Assembly (NCBI GenBank): GCA_964016885.1
Contig: OZ024742.1
Location: 75,888,001 to 75,952,000 of the forward strand
Direction: 5' to 3'
Length of the DNA: 64,000 nucleotides
DNA from: Eledone cirrhosa
Taxonomy: Eukaryota
Shown here: positions 26,312 to 40,130 of the stretch, piece by piece
Layout: each line of letters opens with the position of its first letter
How positions within the stretch are numbered: the first letter of the stretch is position 1
The notes under the pieces: model-generated
Told to the model about the DNA's origin: nothing
Database searches by the model: none
Seen by the model: only the letters and a program-made list of their open reading frames with translations
Program-made: the position numbers and the translations under genes

Positions 26312-29300
26312 GGCGACCTACGTAGCAATTCGTATCATCGTGAGCTCCGCAAAGGTTTGTTGTTTTCGTTTGTTTAAAATTGCCATTTATGGAATTTTTT
26401 TGTTGTTAACAGTTTATAAAGTCACAAAATTTGCTTTCGGAAAAGGACACTCAAAAAGATTGGAGCCTTGAGCCCAAAATTTAAACTTTTATAATTATCA
26501 AACAAAACATTTCTCTGAAAAAATCATGGACAACTCATAGCCACGCCTTCCTCACAAACTAACACCTCACACCGTAACCACCATTGTAAATACTACTACG
26601 TTTGCCAACACTGAAAATATAAGAGTAGCAATAATGTAAATTTGTATCATGCAGACATTCATTTCCCGCCATTACCAATGACTGCAGGTGTTGAAACCGC
26701 CACCCCCACCACCACCACAGTGACACCAGAAACAAAAGAAAATAATAAATTATCTCGTGACATCGAAATGGATTCACCCAGAATGGACTCTTCCACACCG
26801 AACACCAGTGACGCCACCACCACCACAACTGAAACTAAAAATAACAATAACAAAAATAAAAATTAAAAACAACAGCAACAATAACAATGAGATTAACACC
26901 ATGTCGTTTGCCAAAGCAGCCAAACAATGCGAAACAATCCAGGTAACTCAGGAGGAATTAGATGAAGCCAAGAGAATGGTAAAGAAAGATGGGTACAGTG
27001 TCAGCCTCGATCCGGTGTTTGCTGGATCACGACGGGCGCATAATACTCGATCCCGGGCAAATGTGTGAAGCTTTTCAGCAACACTTCGCTCAGCTGTTCG
27101 GGGGCAGCGGCGGGCCGGATCGAGAGATGGACTTTAGTGTCTACGTCGATGGACTGCCGCGGGTCTCGACCACAGTGGCGGAGTGTTGCGAAAATCCGAT
27201 AACAGCCGCTGAAGTACGGCAGCCACTGACTGGCTGCACATTGGGTAAATCGCCTGGTTTGTATGGTCTGCCATATGAACTTTACGTACAGATGCCAGAC
27301 TTGTTCGGAGGCCTCTTCGCGGACGTCTACTGCAACGGGCAACAGAACGGGAGAATTCCAGAGATCTGTGAGACGAGGAGCGGTGGCGCTGCTGAGAACG
27401 GATCCGAACAAGGGTGATAACATAGATAATTTCATGCCCATAACTCTGCTAAACACAGAGATCAACATTTTGGGCAGGGTGCTAGCAAAGAATTTGGCGC
27501 TTGTCATTGGTGGTCTGGTGGGAGAGGCGCAGGCATGCGCCATTCCCGACACATCCATCCACGACAACCTCCACCTCATGCGATATATTGTGGAGAGGGG
27601 AGCTAGGGAACCTGGCACGGGTGAGTCCTTGATCAATTTAGATCAGTCGAAAGCTTTCGATAGGGTCGACATCGTTACCTAGCGACTGTCCTGAGGGCAG
27701 CTGGCTTTGTGCCCGTCTTCAGAGGCTGGATCGAGCCATTACGGCACAAATTGGAGACGGTGAGGGGGATCCCGCGCGAACTAGGATGCGGAATATCCGT
27801 GTCAGCATATGCGGACGATGTCACCGTAGTGGTGTCGAACGCCCAACACATCGAGGCGATCGGCACTACACTAAGAGAATACGAAGCGGTGACAGGAGCA
27901 ATGATCAACCAGAAAAACTCAGTGGGCTTGCAGCTTGGCACCTGGAGAGGCAGGTCCATGCCGTCCAACAGCGTCGTCGGGCGCTGGACGGACGGACCGG
28001 TTAAATTGTTAGGGGCCTGGTTCGGTCCGCACCTCCAGACGGACAAAAACTGGAACGAGGTGACGAGCAGGGTGGCTTCTCTCGCGCAGAAATAGGAGGA
28101 GAGAAAGCTATCCCTGAAAGGTCGAGCGGAGGTGGCTAATGCGTATATCGCGTCCGTCATCTACTACCGCCTGACCGTCGTATCTTGTTCTAAGTCCCGC
28201 CTGACTGCGCTGGAGTGTTTGCTCTTTCGCTTTTTGTGGAAGGGACGCGCTCCGATGGTCAGGCGGACCATCTGCTGTCAACACCCGCTACGTGGAGGGC
28301 TGGGCATGCCGTGGCAGACATGCGCTCAGGCTACGACATCTCCACCTCTTCCTCGACGGTGATCAGATGCGGTTGCCGTTTGCAAGACGCGCCTTTACCC
28401 AGCTTGTCTACTTGACGGAACTGCACACCTGGGTCAATTGAAGACCCAGAGGGAGCGCTTGGAGACTGGAATGTCTTCAGGCGCTCACAGCCCTCGACCA
28501 ATCGGGCAATGTGATCGGTAGAAACTCCACCTTGGCGTTCTATAGAGGATTAGTGGAGGGGAAGAGCGACGACGTACTTGGGGAAACTCTAGGCGTCGAC
28601 GAAAATCAACTAGCCAATCTCTTCGGAAGAACTTTCGGGCCGGGGCCTATGGACAACTTCCAGATATCCTTGGCCTGCAGTGCTACCGAGAAGCCTTGCC
28701 AGTTCGGGATAAACTCTATAGGCATGGAGGTGCCGTCAGTCGGGCCTGTCCGAGATTCGCGCAGGGCGACGAAACAGTCTTCCACGTACTCGTCCACTGT
28801 CCGAGCATTGCTGACTTGTGGGTTTATGTCGAACACCTGATGTCACGTGTAGGATGATCCTGCTATCAGCTGAGTCCATCGTGAGGATTGCCCCGCCCTC
28901 TTCCTTTAGCCGGGAAGGGCAGGCAGTTGTTATCTATCTGGTGGCCATGGCGAAAGAGATAGTATGGTGGACACGTTTGAAAGGCCTGAAGACGAGCACT
29001 TACCTCTTCGGTGATGCCCTGATTAGCTTTTTCAAATTTCATTTGAAAAGGAAAATCAGGGTAGAGAGGGAAGTGCTCTCTTCCCAGCATTTTGTTGAAA
29101 GATGGGTGAGAGAAAGCAAGTATGGCCCGAGTGAATGGGCCTACTCTGAGTATGTGTCTGTAAATTAAAGGTGGAAAACTGGGAGAGGGCACTTTCCCTG
29201 GTCGTCAGGGTCACTGTGGCCTTTTAATGGGCTTTCTCCACAAATGTCCATCGGAAGTCTCCCCCGTATTGGGGAATTTTTCATTGTTATTTTTTATCAC

Positions 29301-29409
29301 ATCCTCTGTTTTTTTTTACACGCAGAAATGCCCATTTGTACCGTCCTGTATTGCCTTGTACTGTCCTTAATGTCTACTTTATGTAAATCCTTGTAGTTAA
29401 TAAAGAAAG
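26312..29409 (+). mobile_element. Internally deleted Tx1-like LINE (5' UTR and ORF1 start joined to ORF2 RT)
   Basis: MSFAKAAKQCETIQVTQEELDEAKRMV resembles ISFAGIAKNLETILITNEELEEAKKMV; then KSPGLYGL, LDQSKAFDRVD, SAYADDVTV; ends ttaataaagaaag. Confidence 0.9.
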
Positions 29410-29502
29410 CCGAAGTTAACTTTGCCTTTCGTCCTTACGGGGTCGATAAAATAAAGTACCAGTAAGGTAATTATTGGCCTTGTGCCAATAAGTAGAAACA
29501 AC
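29410..29502 (+). mobile_element. 5'-truncated SINE fused to the Tx1 3' end
   Basis: ccgaagttaactttgcctttcgtccttacggggtcgataaa..gtagaaacaac then (TAT)n; no linker before it. Confidence 0.88.
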
Positions 29503-29604
29503 TATTATTATTATTATTTTTACGGATAAACTGTGAGTGTTGCTGTTATGCTGGAATTTTGCCTCCTTTTGACAGGGAAGCCGTCAGCTACATGGGCATA
29601 TAAA

Positions 29605-29610
29605 TATATA

Positions 29611-29651
<41 letters not shown>

Positions 29652-29678
29652 ATATGCGTGTGTGTGCGTGTGCGCGCG

Positions 29679-29724
<46 letters not shown>

Positions 29725-29736
29725 TGTGTGTGTGTG
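29605..29736. repeat. (TG)n microsatellite
   Basis: Direct inspection. Confidence 0.95.
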
Positions 29737-30426
29737 TTCGTTTGTTTTGGATGTGTGTTATTGTACTCCGATACAAATTTCGAGTCCCTAATACTTGTAG
29801 ATATCCATTTACGTTCATTTCCATTACCAGACCCATTTCAATGTTGTATACTTTAACTCATTATTAATGATGTAAACTTCACAGTTATTTATAAAAAGCA
29901 ACATTTTATTCATATCAAATCCATTTATGTTTCTTTGTGTATATTTTTCCTCGCGTTTTTTAAACTAAAGTTTGCACGGGTGGTTCCTCCTATCTACTTT
30001 GTATCTACTAATATATTTTCACACCAGGTATGGAAATGTGAATGATTAAACATCTATCGTGCTGAGGTAAAATTTATGGCGAATATTTAATCGATTCTGA
30101 AAGAAAACTTGCTACTCTATTCTACATGTAAAGTAAGAAAATAAGCAGTTTCAGGTCACTTTAAAAAGTAGGGTTTTCTGATAGTTTTCTTAAGTTATAG
30201 TCTTATGAAAGAATATTTTCTCTCTTTATATTAAGCTTTTACTAAACGCTTATTACATCCCTGTAATAAGTGTTTTTGACATATGTGTTTCGGTGAATAT
30301 GATATATGCAACGACATAAGTTTCTCCATGTCATCTTGCATATATATATATACATACATATATGTATATATATATAAAATAAAGTTAAATAAAAAGTCAA
30401 ATGTTTAAAATTTAGCTTCGTTTATT

Positions 30427-30481
30427 ACTGCTATATATATTTCAGTGACAGCCATCATTGGCTGTGACCTCTTCAGGCAGT
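30427..30481 (-). ncRNA. Minimal type-I hammerhead ribozyme in a TA-adjacent element
   Basis: actgc-CTGAAGA-ggtcacagcca atga tggctgtcact-GAAA-tatata-TA-gcagt. Confidence 0.8.
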
Positions 30482-30956
30482 TGGAATGAGTATGGTATAG
30501 ACAAGTACATATGTTGTTGAGGTGTATAATATTGTCTATACTCTGATATGCCCAGTTCCTGGTTGGGTTGTTATTTCACTGAGGAACTGGAATCATATGA
30601 ATTCAAACAAACGAATTTCAGTGTCAAAGGGCCTCTTCTCCTCTCATTGGCCAGTTATTAGAACATTCCTCATTCTAAGTGTTGTTATTGTTGCAGTTAG
30701 CTTAAACAATTTATAAAATGGTAGAAGGGACAAGGTGTTAAAGGAACAAAATAACAAAAAAGTGTCAAACACAATAGCAAACACAAACACTACAGGGAGC
30801 CTCACCCCAGAAAAAATTCTATAGACTTCTGACTGAGGAATGCTCTCAGAACTGACCAATGGTAAGTTTGACACTTTTTTTGTTATTTTGTTCCTTTATT
30901 TATTTACTTTGTTCTTAACTCCGTAGCGGAGATTCATTCGGTCTCCTAGTTAGAAT

Positions 30957-31372
30957 TTAGTCTACGACTTCTGCTATACCATTTACGTGGTTTTGTCTTT
31001 GCGCGCTATTGTTCTCCACGATCCACATATGACGTATTATCTTCGTTTTTTTCGTTCATTGTCATATAACGTCTCTATGCACCACCTAAGAGAACATTAG
31101 TCTACGACCTCTTTTATACCATAAACGTGGTTCTGTCTTTGCGCGTAATTGTTTTTCACCGATCCTAGTAATGACGTATATATTCGTTTTTTCCCGTTCT
31201 TAGCCAGCGAACGTTTCCACGAACCAAAGTATCGTCTTCCTATCTTCCTCCGGTTGCAACGTTTTTTGAAATATCCACTTCTGCGTTTACAGATTGACTT
31301 TGTTAGTTTCAGAAGATCCCGTTAAGGCTGAAAGCACCGATTCTTTGCTTAAACTTTAATCTGTTATTTTAA
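30957..31372 (+). repeat. Repeat with an internal ~140-bp duplication and an end (cttaaactttaatctgtt) reused at 32966-33031, 33921-33954 (inverted) and 63720-63835
   Basis: ttagtctacgac at 30957 and 31097; shared terminal sequence always abuts (TA)n. Confidence 0.7.
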
Positions 31373-31374
31373 TA

Positions 31375-31614
<240 letters not shown>

Positions 31615-31780
31615 ATATGTTGAGAAGGTAACACACCAGAAAGAGATATATAGTGCGTTATCAATAATACAGGGAAAAAACCACCAGTGTATGGAATCTA
31701 TAACCTATGAAAGGCAGACTATAGACACGATAATAAAAAATATAAATTAAAGCGTAAATAAATACCTCTATAACTATATA

Positions 31781-31859
31781 ACACACGTACAAATCCAAAG
31801 ATATGTTTCACCAGAACATTTGTTGAAAGAAATGGTAGTCTCGGTTCATCAGCGTGTGT
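31781..31859 (-). ncRNA. Type-I hammerhead ribozyme with complete stem III
   Basis: acacacg-CTGATGA-acc(g)aga..tctggt-GAAA-catatc tttg gatttg-TA-cgtgtgt. Confidence 0.82.
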
Positions 31860-32319
31860 AAGGCTATACATTTCAGACAACACTAAGAGAATTTTACAAT
31901 TGACTGTCCAGCTACACGTGGGAGAGAGAAGTCACAGCGTGCTTAAGGGCAGTGAACCAGTGGCCTCTGAGAGACGAACTGCTAGAAAGGGCAGCCCAAA
32001 GCCACTCAGAGAAGAGTGCTCAACAAAACAGAGATAGGAAAGACTTTTGTTAGGAGCGAAATATCACGATAAATTAACGGAGGCATAGGCCGTCGTTATT
32101 CCCTGTAAATAATGTGCTCAAAGGGGAAGAGATCCTGAGCCCTTTAAAATATAATATCTTGAGAAGGTAACACACTAGAAAGAGATATATAGTGCGTTAT
32201 CAATAATACAGGGAAAAAACCACCAGTGTATGGAATCTATAACCTATGAAAGACAGACTATAGACACGATAATAAAAAATATAAATTAAAGCGTAAATAA
32301 ATACCTCTATAACTATATA

Positions 32320-32398
32320 ACACACGTACAAATCCAAAGATATGTTTCACCAGAAAATGTGTTGAAAGAAATGGTAGTCTCGGTTCATCAGCGTGTGT
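32320..32398 (-). ncRNA. Second copy of the same hammerhead ribozyme
   Basis: Same core and stems 539 bp away; differences only in the stem II loop region. Confidence 0.82.
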
Positions 32399-33042
32399 AA
32401 GGCTATACATTTCAGACACCACTAAGAAAATTTTACAATTGACTGTCCAGCTACACGTGGGAGAGAGAAGTCACAGCGTGCTTAAGGGCAGTGAACCAGT
32501 GGCCTCTGAGAGACGAACTGCTAGAAAGGGCAGCCCAAAGCCACTCAGAGAAGAGTGCTCAACAAAACAGAGATAGGAAAGACTGTTGTTAGGAGCGAAA
32601 TATCACGATAAATTAACGGAGGCATAGGCCGTCGTTATTCCCTGTAAATAATGTTCTCAAAGGGGAAGAGATCCTGAGCCCTTTAAAATATAATATGTTG
32701 AGAAGGTAACACACCAGAAAGAGATATATAGTGCGTTATCAATAATACAAGGAAAAAACCACCAGTGTATGGAATCTATAACCTATGAAAGGCAGACTAT
32801 AGACACGATAATTAAAAATATAAATTAAAGCGTAAATAAATACCTCTATAACTATATAACACACGTACAAATCCAAAGATATGTTTCACCAGAAAATTTG
32901 AAGACTAAAATCCAAAGCGGGCTCGATAAGGATAAATATATATCAAATATATAAGAACAGTAGACTTTCAGAAGATCCCGTTAAGGGTGAAAGCACCGAT
33001 GTTTTTCTTAAACTTTAATCTGTTGTTTTAATATATATATAT

Positions 33043-33859
33043 GAGCAGTTTAGGTATGATACATTTTATTACTAATTATATCTAAATGTTTCTTCTCTCT
33101 TCATAATGTATTTTTAACTCTGATACTGGTTCAGTCTAATTCAACCGGATTGGTCTGTCCCAGTCATTCATTGAGCAACATCGGTAAGGTTGGCACCATT
33201 AACTCACGGTTGGGTGTGGATACATTCATGTATATGTGTGTGTCCGCATGTAGCTGTGTGTTTCTAAATATATTGTTCATAACTCCCTCTGGTCGAGTAA
33301 TCTTTGAAGTGTGGTGACTGCTGGAAAGCTGCCATTACTCATACTTCTCGCCTCCTTCACCACCTCTTCTACGGCTTCGATATAAATACCCCCTCCACCT
33401 CCGTGGTATTTTCTTCGGGGTTATAAGAGGCTTAGCTCTGTTTTTCGACCGTTATATCGCGTGACTATCTCCCCCTCCGCCTTTTGGAATTCTTTCTCAC
33501 GTCGTGTAGACGCGTCCTTGAAGCTAGTAAAATGAGGTATCCTCTTGATAAGTCGGCAGACCTCGCAAGGACTCTATATCTTTATGATGTATTGTTTTTG
33601 TTTATGCCACGAAACTACGTAGTCGAGGAATCTAGGAGCAGTTTAGGTATGATACATTTTATTACTAATTATATCTAAATGTTTCTTCTCTCTTTATAAT
33701 GTATTTTTAACTCTGATACTGGTTCAGTCTTATTCAACCGGATTGGTCTGTCCCAGTCATTCATTGAGCAACATCGGTAAGGTTGGCACCATTAACTCAC
33801 GGTGGGTGTGGATGCATTCATGTATATGTGTGTGTCCGCATGTATCTGTGTGTTTCTAA

Positions 33860-33866
<7 letters not shown>
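33043..33866 (+). mobile_element. Non-coding partial tandem (period 593 bp) with hammerhead; Penelope pLTR-like
   Basis: 33043-33274 repeats at 33636-33866; (TA)n on both sides; same family again at 63916-64000. Confidence 0.75.
33540..33629 (+). ncRNA. Type-I hammerhead ribozyme, U3-A8 core variant
   Basis: tcctc-TTGATAA-gt(c)ggca..tgccac-GAAA-ctacgtag-TC-gagga. Confidence 0.72.
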
Positions 33867-33919
<53 letters not shown>

Positions 33920-33956
33920 TTAAAACAACAGATTAAAGTTCAAGAAAAAGATCGCT

Positions 33957-35725
<1,769 letters not shown>

Positions 35726-36069
35726 GGGGGGGGGGAGAGAGAGAGAGAGAAAGAGCAGAGGATAAGGTGCTTATACGAGGTTTTCAATCCCTAAATTCGT
35801 GAGGATAAGACGGTTTTAACGATGCAAAAGCATTTCACATCAGTAGTTTATCACAGCTTAGGAGTGACGGAGTAGTCATTTATTGAATTAAATCCCCATG
35901 TTTCCATAACTACACCTATGATTGCATGACCATCCGAAGAAATTACGTGCATAACCATGTAACAGAAATAAATATCATACAATAAATCAATTATATTGAA
36001 GTAACGCCATCGTAACTACTTTTAAATTGATATATATATATATATATATATAATGATATCAGATATATT

Positions 36070-36410
36070 CACGAGTAAACATTAGAAAGCCTTTCAGCTA
36101 TGAATTTTGGAAGATGATAGCTAGCACCATCTAGTGAATCTAGCAGGAGAGGGTAAATATTGACCATCATTTCTGGCTGGTGGCCGTTAACTAGATAGCC
36201 CTCCCCTTACCCTGCTCTCTACTGGAAATTAAAATAGGCGAAAACATAGAGTTTACACCTATGTACATGAACACTATGTCGATAACGGACACCAACCAGA
36301 AACGATCATCGATAATTACCCTCTCCTGCTTCTCCTGGAATTCGCTAGATGACGTCAGCATGTGGATTCTAAAATTCATAGCTAAAATGATTACAAATAT
36401 TTATTCTTAA
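36070..36410. mobile_element. MITE-like fold-back element
   Basis: Nested inverted matches agctatgaatttt/aaaattcatagct, agcaggagagggtaa/ttaccctctcctgct, tttctggctggtggccgtta/taacggacaccaaccagaaa. Confidence 0.65.
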
Positions 36411-38302
36411 ACATACTGTATATTATAAGATATACAAAATACGTAGCGAAAATTCCAATATATATGTATATGTGTGCGTGTGCGTGTGTGTGTACTATAA
36501 TTAGGTTAAATCTATACACATAAAATGTATATTGATTAAGTTATTTAACAAGGAAAGCTCATTAGGCAGAGAGCATAATTAAGACAAATTCAAACGATAT
36601 GCAATTTTTTTTTTTCACATATATCTAGAAAGAAAATCATGTGATGTCCACGTGAGTACGGGGCTCTGAAGCAATCAATAAGGCCACATACGGGGAGTGT
36701 GGAAGATTGTGGTGTTCGAATAAGAGTTTCTGTAATCTCTACAATACCCTTGATTCGATGCATTGTAATATGCAGCAAAAAAATAAGAATAAAGATGGGT
36801 AATTCACCTCTTGCGGTACAATATTCATGGCATCTGTAGGTTAGTTAAAATAACATTGTTGGAGTAGTTCTTTCTTTTCTTAAGACCTCTGAAAAGAAAA
36901 GTGGATAAGTGAAGCTAGGGTCAATTTTTTTAGATTATCCCTAGCCAGTAGTTTGAATTTTGCTAATAAGGTATATGGCTGCTCTGTGAGTCCGATGTGC
37001 AATTTAATGCTAGGGTGTGGTCTGGTTTTGTCACCTTGACTGCCCCGGCTTTAATTATCGCTTCTACATTGCAAGCCCGATCTAGTGGGTATATGCTTCG
37101 GTTCCTAAAAGAACACCCCGCTAAGATATATTGAGTGCCTTATTTTGGAGCTCGGACATGGAGTTGAAATGTCAAAAGTAAATTAACTAAAACTCCACTA
37201 TATCACAGAGCCTGGTGCACACTACATGACGCCTGTGAAACAGAAGACCAAATCTATGAGACAACAGACAAGACAACAAACAAATTCACACAAACACACT
37301 CACATATATATATGTACGTGTGAGTAGTGCTTGAGGTGGACTAAAGAAAAGTTGCCAACAGTGAACAAAATTCCTTTATTTGCATTTGGCCTCCACGTAA
37401 CTAGACAACTACTGCATACCAGAAGCACCACATACGGCACCCACCGAATATCTGCTACAATAGCGATGCACAGTAACCAGCTAGAGAAATCGATCGGATA
37501 TCCACTAGAAATTCCCTTTCGCACACAAGTACTACATCAGACAAAAGGTAAATGCATTTGATGCCAAAAGAAAAGTGAATGTTTTCCCACAAAGGCTATC
37601 TAAACTAGATCAGAAAAAAACGTGATTCATTACGTTAGTAAAGTAAACCTCGGAAACATGTATATCTGTGTATAGGCTGAAGACTAATGGTGCACGCGAG
37701 ATTAATCTGCTACGATTAATCGGATATTATCATGAAATTGTAAGCACTGACAAAAATGTATGCTTAATTGTCATTTATTTTAATTAATATAATGTAGATC
37801 TATGTTTACATACCGAGGGCGAGGTCTCATGCTTGCGGAATTAGATTGGACTCAAGGATAATTCCATCCGACATATACATCCACCACTTTTCATAGGAGT
37901 TCTAGTAAATGTTTCTTAAAGTTTTAGATAAACTCAAGCAATATAACGTAATGTAATGCATTATTGGTGGAATAATTCAGTTTGAGGGCTCTGCAGACTC
38001 CTCAATTTTATACCACCCGGTTGACTTTATGTACGTCAATTTCCTAGAATTATGTTACTTTAATATAGAATATTGATCTCCATTTTCATAATATTGACTA
38101 TTTCTTCTTTTGTCATATGTGTCTTTTTTATTAAATGGACGAACATGCTTACTAGTAGACACACAGACACACACACACGCATATGCACATACACACACGC
38201 ACACACACACACACACACACACATACATACATACATGATCGCTGCCCCCTCGTTATCGAGTATGGCCATTGCACGATATACCATTATTAATAATTATTAA
38301 TT

Positions 38303-38486
38303 GCGGTGGATTGGTAGTATCGTTAGAGGGTCGGACGCTATGCTTTCCAGCATAGTTACGTCCCATTACGGTCTGAGTTCAAATCCCGCCGAGGTTTACT
38401 TTGCCTTTCATCCTTACGGGGTCGATAAAATAAAGTACCAGTAATGTACTGGGTAATAGATGGCCTTGTGCCAAAAAGTGGAAACA
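38303..38486 (+). mobile_element. Full-length tRNA-like SINE
   Basis: gcggtggattggtag head, gagttcaaatcccgcc, core and ggccttgtgccaaaa..gaaaca end in AATTA-rich flanks. Confidence 0.9.
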
Positions 38487-39048
38487 ATTAATTAATTCTG
38501 TCGTGCATTGCCTGTGCGTGAGGGTATTTTTTAAAGTGAGGAAAGACTGTGCACTGAGCCAATCACTCTCACTGAGCGATAGTAGCTATAACCCGAAAAG
38601 AAGAAAACATCAACATCGTCGGTAACTAGTGAGCCGCAGGTTTTATATCGGAGTTATCCCAATTTCCCGAGTTGCCTTCTCCTAGAAGAATGCCCTGACA
38701 AATTTTAGGGATCCTTCGCTCCCAGTGGTTTAACCGCGCGATCGGGTGTCCAGCCCTACTATTTCTAAGTCATCGCGCATATACATACACATGCACCCAT
38801 GCATATACACATAAGCATATACATACATATGTACATGTGTATATACATATTTACACACTTTGGCCGTTGACTCTTATGAGTTCTTCCGCCCTTTGTCAGG
38901 TTTTGTTCTTTGTCCTGCAGGGTTACCAAAATCACCCTCTTCGCCAAGTATACTTAGGGGGGTTGCCGGTTTAGTCGCCTACGACCCAACCATGCGACGG
39001 GTTGTACTGGGTTACATGTTACCAGTAGCACCCAAGTCTGACCCGACA

Positions 39049-39129
39049 CATATATATATACATACATATATACATACACACATACATACATACATATATA
39101 CGTACGCATATATATATACATATATATAT

Positions 39130-39185
<56 letters not shown>

Positions 39186-39377
39186 CATACATATATACAC
39201 ACACACATACATATATATATATATACATATATATATATACATACATACACATATATATATGTATATACATACATATATACATAGATATATATATACATAC
39301 ATATATACATAGATATATATATACATACACATATACATACACGCATATATACATACATATATACATATATACATACA

Positions 39378-39411
<34 letters not shown>

Positions 39412-39525
39412 CATGCATATAGATACATACATATACATACATACATATATATACGTACATATATATACAAACCTATATATACGCATACATACACATATAC
39501 ATATACGTACATATATACATACACA

Positions 39526-39556
<31 letters not shown>

Positions 39557-39677
39557 ACATACATATATATATACACACATATATATACATATACATACAT
39601 GCATATACACATACACACATACATACATATATAAATATAAATACATACATACATACACACACAGCTATATATACATG

Positions 39678-39727
<50 letters not shown>
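39049..39727. repeat. Compound (TA)n/(CATA)n microsatellite
   Basis: Direct inspection. Confidence 0.95.
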
Positions 39728-39730
<3 letters not shown>

Positions 39731-40096
39731 AAAATTAGAATTGGCGCTCTGAAATAGCGATATATATATATGAATGTATATATAGTGTATTTTGCAATAC
39801 ACTGTATGACTAATTAAAAGCATTTCGAAGACTTTATGCTATTGTTTTAGAGTAGTGACAGTCTCACTTACTTTAAATTTTCAGCTAACAGGGGAGATAA
39901 AGCTGACAGAGCTATGTTTCGTACTGATTGGTACTTATCAAAGCCAAGTCCTCCACCTGTTTGTTGAAAATCATGAATGTTTGATTCTTATAGAATTCTA
40001 GTAATAATCAGGAACTGATTATACAGAGCGGTTGCCGGTCAAGCAGAAATTGAAAATTAGAATTGGCTCCCTGAAATAGCGATATATATATGAATG

Positions 40097-40102
<6 letters not shown>
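39728..40102 (-). mobile_element. Non-coding 322-bp unit with ~50-bp terminal redundancy and a hammerhead
   Basis: ttgaaaattagaattggc..ctgaaatagcgatatata at 39728 and 40050. Confidence 0.7.
39901..39945 (-). ncRNA. Type-I hammerhead ribozyme, U3-A8 core variant
   Basis: ggct-TTGATAA-gtac caatca gtac-GAAA-ca tagctc tg-TC-agct. Confidence 0.72.
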
Positions 40103-40130
<28 letters not shown>

